From: Ramazzottius varieornatus
Lineage: Eukaryota > Animalia > Tardigrada
Reading direction: 5' to 3'
Assembly (NCBI GenBank): GCA_001949185.1
Contig: BDGG01000001.1
Location: 5,571,527-5,635,526, forward strand
DNA length: 64,000 bases
Part shown: in pieces, positions 48,458 through 60,576 of the stretch
How positions within the stretch are numbered: the stretch's first letter is position 1
Layout of the letters: each line of letters starts with the position of its first letter
The notes under the pieces: model-generated
What the model saw: the letters and a program-made list of their open reading frames with translations, nothing else
Database searches by the model: none
Told to the model about the DNA's origin: nothing
Position numbers and translations under genes: made by a program

Positions 48458-48680
48458 ATTTGGCACTTTGAAGAAAGTACGGTAGGCCTGTTTGCCGAGT
48501 ATATCAACCGTTTCCTGAAACTCAAGACAGAATCGAGTGGGTGGCCGGTCAACTGTACAACTCCAGCGGAAAAGAGGCAATTCATCATGGAGTTTGAGCA
48601 GAAGGAAGGAATCCGTTTAGAAGAAGGTGAAATGGAGCAGAACGCGGGGATGAGGGCCTTGTCCAAGCTGTGCCTGAACA
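48458..48680 (+). pseudogene. Protein-primed DNA polymerase B fragment
   Basis: IWHFEESTVGLFAEYINRFLKLKTESSGWP...EGIRLE...NAGMRALSKLCLN (Polinton pPolB up to motif B); not listed in the ORF track. Confidence 0.88.
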
Positions 48681-49303
48681 GGTAAAAACTTTTTTTATGG
48701 ATATTCTTGGTTGCTGGATTTCGGTCACTGGTGTCACGGTCTTCATCGTTGATGGTCGCATAGGATACATGGCACTGCATCAATCCATGAAAGGGGATGG
48801 CGACTACAATGACGACAACACTCCATCGACAATGGTTTTTATTTTAACAAATATTTTTATACAATACTTATATAAATATTTTTATTGTTATTTCAGGATC
48901 AAGATTGGGGAGAAGGGATATAACCCTGATTACCTGGCTATCGAGTATCCACTCGAAGCCAGAGTAATCGTCACGGGTTGCGGTGAAGGGACCTGCGAGA
49001 CCGAGCACTACTTGCCCGCTCCCATCTCCCCAACAACCACCGACGAAGGGATCAACGTTGTTTCGGGGGGCTTCACCCCACCACCAACTCCATTGTCGAT
49101 GCCACCGCCACCACCACCAGCAAACCTGGACGAGGCTGCCGTTGGTCTTGCTGCTGTTTCTGTTGATGACGCTTCACCATCACCAATCACTCGTGAGCTA
49201 TCTCAACGCGTCGTCAGCGACCTTGCAGCCAAGGTTCCTAAAGAACCCAACAACAGCAACAACAACGGAGACCATAAAAATAGAGGAGCTGTGCCATTAC
49301 GAC

Positions 49304-49757
49304 TAATAATGAGCATTACACGCAGCTGGTCCGTGTAATGTAAAGTGTAATGTAAAACAGTGTAATTGTAAAAGTGTAATTACATTTCACACTAGTTTAT
49401 ATTTTACACACCGAGCGGTTTGTAACGCATGAAAGTGACAAGGAGCGACGAAAACGACGAATCAGCTATGTCTATGTTTGCATAGAATATAGATCTTAGT
49501 AATTGTCTTCCAGACAAAGATAAAAATACGGTTGCAGAATGACCATACTCAGGAAGTTTCTGACATTTTTCCGCGTAAGTCAGTCGAATTTCAGATTTCT
49601 GGCGGCAAAATACTCAAAAATACCGCAGATTCTGGCAGGTAAAAGTTGTAATTACATTCTACATTTACATTACAACTTCCCCGTGGTTGTAATGTCGTGT
49701 AAAAGTGTAATTGTAATGTAAAATGCAATCTAATGTACAATGTAATGCTCATCATTA
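49304..49757. mobile_element. hAT-type MITE with TGTAA subterminal repeats, nested in the Polinton
   Basis: TIRs TAATAATGAGCATTACA / TGTAATGCTCATCATTA and a perfect 8-bp TSD ATTACGAC (49296-49303, 49758-49765). Confidence 0.88.
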
Positions 49758-49857
49758 ATTACGACGACAAGATGTGTCAACACAACGGGAAGCTGTGCTG
49801 TGTGCAGATCCGGGTCAAAAAGTGGGACCCGATGGAAACGCCGTGGTGTAAGTTCTT

Positions 49858-49930
49858 ATGACATGACATGACATGACATGACATGTTATGTTGTATGACA
49901 GGCATGACATGTTATATGACATGGCATTAC
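49858..49930. repeat. (ACATG)n pentanucleotide microsatellite, degenerate
   Basis: ACATGACATGACATGACATGACATG followed by variant units. Confidence 0.85.
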
Positions 49931-50929
49931 ATTAAGTAAGCAAAATTCAAAAAAATCCCAAAAAGTTCAGAGCATTTTGTTCTATATTTCTGATGTATGA
50001 TTTTCTCTCTTCGCAAAGGCAAAGCGACACGCGAGCTCTGAAGAAGATCGTCGAGTTCACTGTCAACCAGCAAGGGTACCCGGACTTCTACAAGTTGTAC
50101 GTGTGGGCATTTAGCGGTCCCGTGTGGGTGCGCGCGATCGAAATGCCGCAAGAGGCAATCCATCGCCTAGCCTGCTTCCACCATCAGCGTCTAAAGAAGG
50201 CGCGTCGACCCTTGAAGGAGCCCACCTGAAGCTGACCGTGGTCCAGAACCAGCTGGTGGAGCTTGCCCAACCAGACGAGGAGCCACCTGTGCAGTATGTC
50301 CGTCGTGGGAAAAAGATGTCAGTCAAGAACCGATTGGTTCTTCAACGTCACCACCTGGAGAAGACCATCAAAGCGGCCCAAGAGGTGTACAACGAATAGT
50401 CCCGTTTCTTAGAGGCCAAGTTGTTTGACTCTTGAGGCGTGTATCGGTGTCGTGTGACACCAAAATATTTTTTCACATAACCTTCTGGAAAAAATATTCC
50501 CGTTTTATTCGAGTAATCTTTCATTGTGATTCTTGTGACATTTATAACTGCATTTTATCGAAAGGAACCTGCATTGATATCTACCTGTCCAGAAAAAAAA
50601 GCTAAATGTAAAATTCAAAAAAATCTGTAACAATAGGGTTCTGCTGCTCAAGCTTAGGGAACATTAAATCTCATAGAAAATTGCCAACAAAAACTTTGAA
50701 AATTTGTCAAAAATTACCAGGACAGAAAAATCACAAATACCTTCAGAACAGACCAAAAGTCAGTGATGCGGATCAGAAACAACGAACTAGTACCGAAGAT
50801 TCTGAAAGATGGAAAAGTTTTTTGGAAAATGCGCCATTTGATCGGGCCAAGCTTAAAGAGCCTACCCATGTCGTGGGGCGCAGGATCAAGTAGGTTTAAC
50901 ATAGGATGTTGCGCCACTTCATCCGATCG

Positions 50930-51156
50930 CCCGCACAATAAATCAAAGAAAGTCACAAGTGCGCCGTCGGATCGATTAGATGACGTCATGCACTTCCGGT
51001 GACGTTGCGCCATGTCATCGGGGTCAGTAGGCGCCCACCGTCGAACGACTTCTTCAAACAGGGGGATCCCCCTCAGAGGACCATCTCTCAGGGGCGGTGC
51101 CCCGGGTATCGGGGCGGTGCCCCGGGTATCGGGGCGTATGGACGAGTGTTCCTCCT
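50930..51156 (-). repeat. Right TIR of the Polinton, with an extra 20-bp tandem copy of GGGGCGGTGCCCCGGGTATC
   Basis: Inverted match to 39192-39410. Confidence 0.9.
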
Positions 51157-51564
51157 GTTGTGGATTCCAGTTTCCTCATCCAGCCATGGTGCTAATTCAA
51201 GCAAATCACAAACCGTTATACACGTGCCGCCGATCATCTCGTCCACCTTTTTTTCAGTCTTCGCGATATGCGGAAGCGTTTTCTTCATGGCGCACTTGAC
51301 CTTGCTTCGTATCGACTTTTTGAAATGTTTGCTCAACATGCCGTAATTTTTTTCTATGAAAACGAGGCATGCAATCGGCTTGCAATGGACATTAGTGTAC
51401 GCAAAACCAGGTGTATCAACTGTCAGACAATCTCCCAGAATTTCAGCCACTAATTTACGTTGATCAGATTGTCTCGTCTGCTTACCACATAAAGAACGAA
51501 ACAAAAAATTCACATACTTATCTATCCTGTTGGATTTATTTCCTTGGACTTTCAGCTTCACATA

Positions 51565-52625
51565 TTAAACAATGGATGGATTAAAGTCGTCCAGGTCCTC
51601 TTCAGGTTCCCAGCTGCCGGCTTCAGGGCTGTATTTTTCCACCGGACGAGCGAGAGATTCTCGCTGTCCATTGACTCGTCTATCGTTGATTATCCCATTC
51701 ACCTCGTAGACATCGTCCTGATCTTCTGGCGGGATGCTAGGCTGCGAAAACTGACGACGGATGACTGGCACGCGATAGTTAACAAGGGATTTACGCCAGT
51801 CTGTCAACTGTGATCTTCAAACAAATTTTTACAGCGCGTTGTGCTTTGTACAAAGTTTTGTTTGCCCAAGCTACTGAGTGTTCTCGGTTCTTGTCTCTCT
51901 GAATAGGGACTACTTCTACACCAACCCCAGTAGCGTCGGGTATGAATTTGATCGACTTATCCGAATCGAAGTGACATAAGGTCGGTAGAATAATCAGCGT
52001 ATTCTTAATTGCCACAAAAGCCATTTCGTTTAAGTCACTGAACACGAGGCCTTTCTGTTTTAGTCTAATAAAAGGATGCGCAGTAGGGGCGAACTCCCTG
52101 ATGGATCGACGGTGGTACGCTGTAGGCAAATAAGGTACTCCAAAGGAACTCCAAAGGTGGCCAGGTCAAAATAGAGTTTTTGACCGGTGACATAGAAAGT
52201 AAACAGCTGATCAAGCTGCAATCCAGAGCAGTGAGATGCAGCTTGATCAGCTGGTTACTTCGAGTCGAAGTTCCTACGTCACCAATCGAAAACTCGGTTT
52301 TTGCCCTGTCCCCTTTTAGAGTACCTTATTTGCCTACACTGCAACCAGTTAAACCTAATAAAGATCGCACGGCCTTAAGACTTCCTGGTGGGACGAAGTT
52401 CCTGACTGCCACTATTAACACCTCCTTCTCATCAGGTTCTAAACCACTATTCTAAACCAATATGATGACCGATGAAGTTATGCCACTTTTGCCAAAGTGG
52501 CATTTGGACAGTTTAATTTTAAGACTTGCCGCCTCAAGTCGTTTCAGAACTTCCTCTAAATGTACAAGATGGTCATCAAACGTTTTAGAGAATTTGTTAA
52601 ATCATCCAAATAAGAAAGAAAGTTT
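51565..52625 (-). pseudogene. Old Gypsy pol remnant (RT C-terminus, RNase H start, chromodomain)
   Basis: YLDD, DDHLVHLEEVLKRL...KLSKCHF, AVRSLLGLTG, PTLCHFD...DATGVG, YEVNGIINDR...SWEPEEDL. Confidence 0.8.
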
Positions 52626-55600
52626 CATGTTAACTTGCCACGACTTGTCATCCAATTCCACCTCCAGCTCCTCCTCAATGTCTGCCACGGGCTCCGGTAT
52701 TGGACCATCATCCACAGACTCCACCAGAGAACCAGTGACGTCTTCGGTCGTGGTATCGGTAATGTCCCCATTGCAGCTGTAGTCGATGGAGGTGTCGTTG
52801 ATGGTGTTCTGGCTGGGGAGGGACAAGACTTCCGCAGAGTCCAGAGAAAGGTCCTCCGGGTCCACCGGGACTTCCAGATTTTCCTCGGGAAATAAAACAG
52901 GATGACGTTGCCTAACGAAGAGCCGACGTCGCACATGGCGAAGCTGTAGGGACTGTCAATCGGAGTCGGGGCAGTTGCTGGCTCGAAGACTAGAATCGGC
53001 TTAGGCGTGATTGAGCGATTCACCTGAAAACACAGAAAACGAAATATCGTTAGAAAACGAGGTTGTCTGGTAATGTTATTACCACGAAAGTAACGGAACC
53101 CAGTCAACTGCAGGTTAGTTTTTTCCAGCATGTTTGCGAAGATGTCCAGGTCCCGGCTGCGCGATGTTTATCGAACTGGTATGGGCGAACCGCCATAAAT
53201 GACGGAAGAACCGCAAGGTGATATCAACTGACGGATCGTTATTGAAATCCGGGAGTTAACATACTTTTCCTTACTTGGCTATCTTCTCAAGTATTCTTCC
53301 CTTGTTAAGTTTTCGACCTATGGTTTTATCCGGAACTAGGCATTTCTGAACAGTTGTCGCCGTGTCAAGTGGAACGGAAATCAATTTTAAAATAGTTGTA
53401 GATGGTCGAGTTGTACCGGGACCACTTGAAACGGTCACGAATACCTTCTAGCGTCCTGTATAGGAACAACAGAGTACATCCACGATAATATGACGTCATG
53501 GCATTCCATCATCCCACTTCCACTAAAACGTGCTTGTAGAATCCCACCATAACTTCAGCGTATCACACTTCCTTTACACGTAATGAAACTGTGGAGTTAT
53601 GCAAACAGGATTGACGGACTTGGAAAGGTGTGAATCCCGCTGACGTCACTACTTTGTCACATCATACGCATGATTTGTACGAAATGCATAACGAAAACGC
53701 ACCGTCTGATACTGGATTAGAAATGGCGCATTAAACAGAAACAGGTTGCTCGTTTGTTTTTTGTAAGCCATGCATAACATCTTGACTTTATTATAGCTCG
53801 TACACGTACATAACCAGAGATAACGACTATTGAAACTGTTGTAGCTGAATACAGTCCGTCTGAGCAGGGTATCTTGCAAATAGAAATATGCAGTCGGTAT
53901 TCAATAATAGGAGCATGGATACGTCAGGAAATGGCGGTGACACGTGAAAAATTTCTTGTTCTGCATCCGTCCGTATCCGCAGACGTCTTGTCCAGAACTT
54001 CGCTCCGCTTCTTGTGGCGTCGATTATACACAGAGTCTCCACCTTGCCCGGAGGACTGACGACACTATCCGGCGCGAAAGACTTTTATGGCTTGTTTTCT
54101 GCAAACGATGAAAATTCCAAATCATTTTCAATGCACGTGAAATTTACCAGCAGCCAGCACACTTTTCAAGTTTTCGCGTTTGGGAGTCGTAGTGTAGATG
54201 TTGATAGCCGACTGAAACGGACGAAGGGAATTGAACGGAAATCGGACAAAACCATCATCAGTCCTGATTTCAAATTCCCGACCACCGGTAGAGGTATGGT
54301 TGACAAGGACTTTTGCAGACCTTCTCTGGCTGCGAAACGCTCAGAAGCATGAAGATTGTTTCTGTTCGTTCCCATGAAGCCAAGTCCTCCATGCCGCACA
54401 GAGCTTGTACTTCTGAGTCTAGCAACTCAGTGCCCTCCTCCTTGGCCTTTTCGTACCCCTCTTCAGGAGAATCGCATTTGTAACCTACGGCCATCTTTGC
54501 GGTTCCATGCTCAGGATTAACGGTCAGTGATACGCGCCAAGGAACCTAAACAAGACACACCCAGGTTACAGACGGTCCCAAAGGTAAGAAGGGCATGAGC
54601 CTTATTTCGAAGACCGAAACTGCGTTATTTGATTATGCAAAAACTAAACATAGTCTGGTTCGTTAACCTAAAACGAAAACACAACAAAAGTCAAGACCCG
54701 AGGTCTTCGGGGTGAGGATAGTGAGCGTTCAACTACGACCACAGAGGACTCCATGCACGTAACATCAGCCAGACATGTACAAACGCCGAAAGTTGATGGC
54801 ACTGACGAATTACCTTTGCTCTCGTTATTTTTCCTGTACTCTGTCCACATTCCAAAGTCATTACATTGTGCGACATTCGCTTCTACCGTAGTTTCATGCT
54901 TCTCTCTCAAATTGGTAGAATGGCTTATTCTGATTCTCCATTGTATCCCATCGTTGTAAAACATGTTGCTCACTTATGCAAAGTCCTTGGTCAATTTTAT
55001 TCTGGGTCGAATATTTTATGCACTGAGCACACTGGCAGGCCGCCGAAAAGCAACTGCGCATATGTGTCAGCGAAGTCCCTGCACTATTCAGAACATCATC
55101 CCCAACTGGAATTCAGTAATCGGTCCACCGAGAGATAACCCCAGCCGGAACTAAAACTGCTCAGAGCGATGAAGTAAACGAAACCTTGGACCCAATCGTC
55201 GAACCGGAAGAAATGAAGGGCGTCGTGGGCGTTGGTCAGCACTTGTCGGATGAGTCGGAATTGGAAAACATCCTTAGATCATCCATCGCGAGTGCAAAAC
55301 CGAAATACATATACTGCAAATATTCGACCCCGGTGCTCAGGCAGTGAAACCGGACCGGGGCTGTACTTCACTTGTACGATCACGCGCTGCGGGATAGCGT
55401 GGAATATTTACAGTAACACTGGAATCTATATGAGGACTGTCAAGACAGAACCCTAAGTATCGAATTTATCTTAACTGTTCAGGAACCGGTCTTTTATGTT
55501 TTGGCACCTGGGATAAAATTGAGGGTTATTGTAGTATGCGATAGAGCAAGCTCAAGAGCTTTCGATCGCGCTTTACAGAGGTACCAACAGACTTACGAGA

Positions 55601-57609
55601 CCGACGATATTGACGAGGGAACCAAGGTGCGAGGAAGAAGTTTTCAGAAGCACAAACTTCTGAAAAAGTCTTAAATATGATTCCGCAATGAATATCAAAA
55701 ATACAAATCACGTTTGAGAATGTAAAATGAAAAAAAAAACATGGAATAAAACGACAGACAAAGAAGTTCGAAATGATGTAAAGTCAGTCGCTCAGGAATC
55801 TTCCTCGTTGAGCTCCTCGTTGCTTTTGTCTTCCACGTCCTCCATGGTTGGCTCTTTGTACATCGAGCTGACGTAAGTGATGAATTCGTCCTGCTTGTCA
55901 GACGACACAAACTTCGTAATATCGTTAATGAACTGGCTTTTCCGGACCCATTCGAGACCTGCAACGGGTAGCTCTCTCGGGACCGGCCTTTCAGCGGCAC
56001 GCTTTTGACGTGCCTTACTCTTTTCTTGTGAATGTATTCGGAGATTAGCTCTTCTTCTTCTCCACCTTCGGCAGCGCAGTGAGGGAGCTTTACATCTTCA
56101 TCTTCGCTTTTGAAGGGCCTGAAGTGAAACGATCCCTGTGTACCTTTTACTTCGTCGTAACGAGGTTCGAGGTACGACTTCCAGTCAAGCCCCTTCCAGC
56201 TGTAGAGTTTTTCGCCCTTGAAAAACGTAGTACTGTACTTTACTTGTTAACCGACCCTTACACGTAGCCCGTTGGATAGATTCAGATTCAGATGGCGAAA
56301 TGTCCGCTTGATTAAGCCGAAAAACGCATCTGGGCTAAATCTGGTATGTATGTGCAACGGGCAGGAAGTGAACTTCAACTTATTGATACTTGTACCCGGC
56401 AGTGTTGATCAGATGAGCAGCGTACCCAGTCAAGAACCGGTTTTTGTTTTGACCGCCAGTAAATGAACAATTATATCCAATACGTTTCCTTACTCGATTC
56501 TCGAGGGAACGTGCGTTACCGCAGCAGGCTGGGGTAACTCCAGGCTTAGTCAAGCCCGATTCTTGGCAACGTTTATGTGGTAAAGAAATTAGCATTGGGG
56601 ATTAAGATAGCGAAGTAAGAGAAATACTTGAAGGTTTAGCTTGAGAGGGTGATAATTTCTTGTATTGTCCGTAGATACGTGTTTACATCATAATGCAAAA
56701 CAGCGTATACTTTGAATATTCGGTAACTTGTGTGGAAGGCATATGCGTCGGCCTTTCTTTTCTTGAGTGGCCGTTCCTCTTTGCGGATAGCAAGAAGCCT
56801 CTTACGGCTATTGTTGATTGCGACTGGTTGTACTGGATTAAGTAACTTGGGTGACGGTACCAAACCGGCGGAAGGCTGTTGGTCAAATTTATGGGCTCAT
56901 TTTTCTGCCCAATATTTCTCAAAACAGAAGGGTTCCTCAGGCGTGATCCGCGATGATGGCGCTGGCATTCTCAGTGCTGCTGACAGCGAGGCATTACGCT
57001 CCTTCTGCCTGCGTATATTCGTGGCATCTACGGTCAGCCAGAATGTACTCTCGATTTTCCAAACGTCAAAACCTGGTAAATTAGCGGCCTCTTGCTCGGT
57101 AAGCTGATACGGTCGGAAGGAACTTACGCCACACTTCTTTTTGGTGGAAGGTTCGGCCTTCATTGTAGAATCATCAGGACAAGTAGACATCACTACAGGA
57201 TGGATAGTATGATGGAGAATAACGGGCTCCCACAGAGTGAAAGAAGCAAACTGAGGTAACAAGCTTTTGGTTGCAATGCTGTCCGTGGTCGGCTATCTCA
57301 ATCTCTTTGCGAACAGTGGACCCCGTGATCAGCCAGAGGCAACGAGCACTTTAGCGTTCGCAGATCACGAGCATCAAAGCTTTACCTTTGACTCAGTTAT
57401 GTATAAGTGTGCTAAGGGTAGCGAATCCACGGTCTTGATTGAAGCAACACCGCTTATTGACCCGTTAATAAGCATCGTCGTATATGAATGCGCTACTGAC
57501 GAACACACCGAGGACATATATAAGGGCGGTAGCAGTCAGTAAGAAGTTGTCAGCTTGACCACGAGGACCCAACACGGAGGACACACCACCGGGACCCATC
57601 ACGAGGAGC

Positions 57610-57920
57610 TGTTTCACTCTTACGCAGTTACGCTTCAACGCTGCTGTCGATTGCTATTCGACTCTCTCCAGGAGAAGCTCTGAAATAGCTCGAACTGTTG
57701 AAAATCTGCGTGTTGCGGTAAAACAGAGATCTAAACGCTGTAATAAATATGACAGGCTTTAAGTGAGCTCCTCGGCGCAAAAATTCAGCACGTACGTACA
57801 GCACTGCAGCCTTCGATGTTGATTTTTACTTGTAGCAAGAATCACCTGCCCGTGCCGCCGTAGCGAAAGGGCCTGGCCCGTAACTTTTACTGGCCCATAA
57901 TATCTCGTCGCGCGTGTACT
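57610..57920. mobile_element. Partial copy of the MITE family seen at 1-327 and 62902-63925
   Basis: Reverse complement matches 62902-63320 (without the insert) and 1-160. Confidence 0.7.
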
Positions 57921-58539
57921 ATGGAAAAAAGAACCATCGTTACAAAATTGGGCCGCCACGACCTAAATGGAGCTTAGGATTTTCTGGAGGGTTGTAAATC
58001 AGATGCTTCAGCTTTTGGGCAAGCTGCAGCTCTGTGTTGTGCCAAAGAAGGCGGAACTTCCAGTCGCTCACGGCGTGAGAAGAGACACCGCTCCACAAAG
58101 TTTTCATCTGTAACATTTAGATATTGCGGGTGTGATGGCTCCGGCTGAAGTTTGATGAAGAATCGGAAAAAGCCTGCATAAAGACACATAAAAAAAATTC
58201 ATCAATTTACGAAGACCAATCGGCGGCAAAAGCCCGTGACAGCACTGGCAACAAGAACTATTCACGAAGTCAAAACAGCAGGTCGCCGATAAAAGTGCGT
58301 ATCTACTGCGTACTGTATTTCAGAAAAGTACTCGTACTGCGCATGACCAGATCTTTGCCGATTTCCATGAAACAGAACCATGACTCGTGCTTGGATGGCC
58401 TACGTCCTTCCGTGGGTAAGAAGCACCGCGAGTGAAACGTCGTCGCGCAGTCAATAGGCTAACGGCTGTGAAAGCTATGATTGTTGACCGTCTGGTAGCT
58501 AACTGACGCAGTAGCTCTACCAAATTTTACTCTCCCCGA

Positions 58540-59337
58540 CTACATCGAACCTTTGGGCACGAATATCTTTTTGCCCGTGTCACTTCCGGTGTGAACCAGC
58601 TGATGCTCTCCTTTAGTTATCAGATGCCAAGCTTTGGGTACAGGCATCTTTTCAATCATTTGGAAGCCAATCCTGTTCTCGTTCCAGCTCATTGCGTAAA
58701 GCCAATATACAGCCCAGAAGAAGGCTATCAAGGCGATAACACTAGCGATGAACATGTACAGTGGCGACAGAGGGTCCGGCATATCCCCGTATCCCTGTGG
58801 CATGACGACGAAAGTAGTGTTCAAGTTGCAAAAACTGTAATTTCCATCCAGGACCTGGGCCGTAAAGACGTAGACAGTCTGATGATCGGACGGGAACAAG
58901 ATGGCATTTGTCCGGCTGTTGTTCAAGATTTCATACGGTCGTGTTGAAGAGACTTCGTCGTCATTGCTTTGGGATGGCGAGAAGCAGTTCTCATAAGTTG
59001 AGGGTCCCCAGCAGGGGTTACCATCAGTAGAAACCAAGCTGACTGGAGATGGGCAGTCGGGCTTGGACATTGCTTGGTCAAGATTCTGGGCCCGCTTGCC
59101 GCAGCCCGCTGTCATCTCCGTGAAGCTGTACATAAAATCCGTCCGCCAGTTGTTCTCGAAAAGATAGTAGTCTACCGGCAGCATTTCAACGAGGGTGTTG
59201 AAGTAGAACAGACCCAGTTGAGGCTGATAAGAGGAGCCATAATACGGGGCGTCGCACAAAAGGTTCGGCGGAATAGTCACTCGATCTTGCGTGTTCCGAG
59301 CCGTATCTACGTAAACAAAATTATTACTCAAATCCAT
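58540..59337 (-). CDS. CatSper auxiliary subunit epsilon/delta-like C-terminal region with TM helix (terminal exon or gene fragment)
   Basis: AGC..AQ, WGPSTYENCFS, PYEILN, YVFTAQVLDGNYSFCNL, then TM LYMFIASVIALIAFFWAVYWLY. Preceded by an AG acceptor-like sequence. Confidence 0.75.
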   Translation of the reverse strand: MDLSNNFVYVDTARNTQDRVTIPPNLLCDAPYYGSSYQPQLGLFYFNTLVEMLPVDYYLFENNWRTDFMYSFTEMTAGCGKRAQNLDQAMSKPDCPSPVSLVSTDGNPCWGPSTYENCFSPSQSNDDEVSSTRPYEILNNSRTNAILFPSDHQTVYVFTAQVLDGNYSFCNLNTTFVVMPQGYGDMPDPLSPLYMFIASVIALIAFFWAVYWLYAMSWNENRIGFQMIEKMPVPKAWHLITKGEHQLVHTGSDTGKKIFVPKGSM

Positions 59338-60059
59338 CTAAGGTCTAAAAATTTGTCTGCATTCCGCTCGCTCGAAATCCGTGCCAAATTTTCCGATTTC
59401 GAAACACGAAAATCTTTCGAAGTGAACCATACTGCATGCCATCCCGACAGAGCCGGATATCAGCGACTTGTTACCTCATTACATTTTTCGGAGCACAGTG
59501 TGATGTATGTATACTGTAACAAGCAATCGCAAAACACGAAAATGTGAATGCGTGAAAGCTCATCGTCACCGTGAAAATGCGCAGAGCCTGATTCGGTATC
59601 TCGCGCCAGCCAATGGTCATGTGTTTCGCTTCGCTCGGCTGGCAGATTCGCTGCGTCCGCGCTTTAGGGCGATGTTAAAGGCTAAATACTGGACTGGCGA
59701 TCTATCAGGTGCGGAAGTATGACTTGCACCTTTTAAAGCCAAAAACACAAAGCAAATTTGTGTTTTTGCTCTCCCTCGTCAAACTGTCCTGGAACTTCTT
59801 TCCGGTCACTTGACAGACTCTCCTACACCTGCTAGTGGTCAAGTTTTTCATGTTTTGTAGTTCGCTGGTGAAGGATAATCAATTTTGTTGGGGCCGGGGA
59901 GAAGGGAACTTTCGAGTCATTTGGGAATCCCAATCCTTTTGGTTTACCATGCTTCGCGTACAAGATAATAATACCGGTCTAGTGCGTGGGAGTGAGAAAA
60001 GCTAGCAGAGAATACGTGGGAGGTTGGATAAATTGTTTCCTTTCTGGAGACTTTTAACT

Positions 60060-60300
60060 CGAATGATATCCCTTCTGAAGACGGAAACTGAAAGTGAACA
60101 ACAACCTGCTGAAGGAGCTGGTCAAACTCGATCCTTCCCAAATTATCGTAAAACTTCTACGAGACTTTGGGGGATCTGTCCAAACTATCAACAGGCATTC
60201 ACAAGAAAAGGGGAAGCAAGAAATTGGAGAAGCCTGTACCCCGTTTACCTTGCGAACCTCTGGAAAAATGCAGAGCTCCGCCTTTCTTTTTATCCCTTAT
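60060..60300 (+). pseudogene. Mariner transposase HTH fragment
   Basis: NNLLKELVKLDPSQIIVKLLRDFGGSVQTINRHSQEKGK...PFTL resembles the second mariner HTH leading to the WVPHEL linker. Confidence 0.5.
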
Positions 60301-60576
60301 CGCGATCAGAAACGTGCCGACTTCAGACCATAGCACCATCGCGGATAGGAGACTTACAGGATGTTTCTGAATAAGAATCGGTTTGCTGAGACGGTAAGGT
60401 TCTGATTGGGCCGTATTTAGGGGGCCCAGAATTTCGGACACTTCTCTTACGCGCGCTATTTGATCGAGTCAGTGCGAACCAACTGCGCATAGACCTGACG
60501 CACAAGTGCCGAAACGCATGCCAGCCGTACGGAGTGAGTCAGACAAAACCTGGCTGCCAGCTGACACTGTTTTGTA

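Larger units (their letters stand above)
39192..51156. mobile_element. Decayed Polinton/Maverick (adintovirus-like endogenous element), 11,965 bp
   Basis: About 220-bp imperfect TIRs starting AGGAGGAACACTCGTCCATACGCCCCG, perfect 6-bp TSD GTTGTG (39186-39191, 51157-51162), and MCP, penton, integrase, ATPase and pPolB remnants inside. Confidence 0.93.

Noticed and set aside
49320-49930. Short periodic TGTAA and ACATG repeats as a possible CRISPR-like array
   Set aside because: No repeat-spacer structure; explained by MITE subterminal repeats and a microsatellite in a eukaryotic context.
16874-51156. A functional link between the fusogen-bearing LTR element and the neighbouring Polinton
   Set aside because: Each has its own ends and TSD and they lie about 9.6 kb apart; proximity is explained by a TE-dense region.
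53000-57600. Scattered exon-like fragments (possible OB-fold at 54014-54352, acidic C-terminus at 55790-56000)
   Set aside because: Too degraded to assemble or to assign a family by eye.
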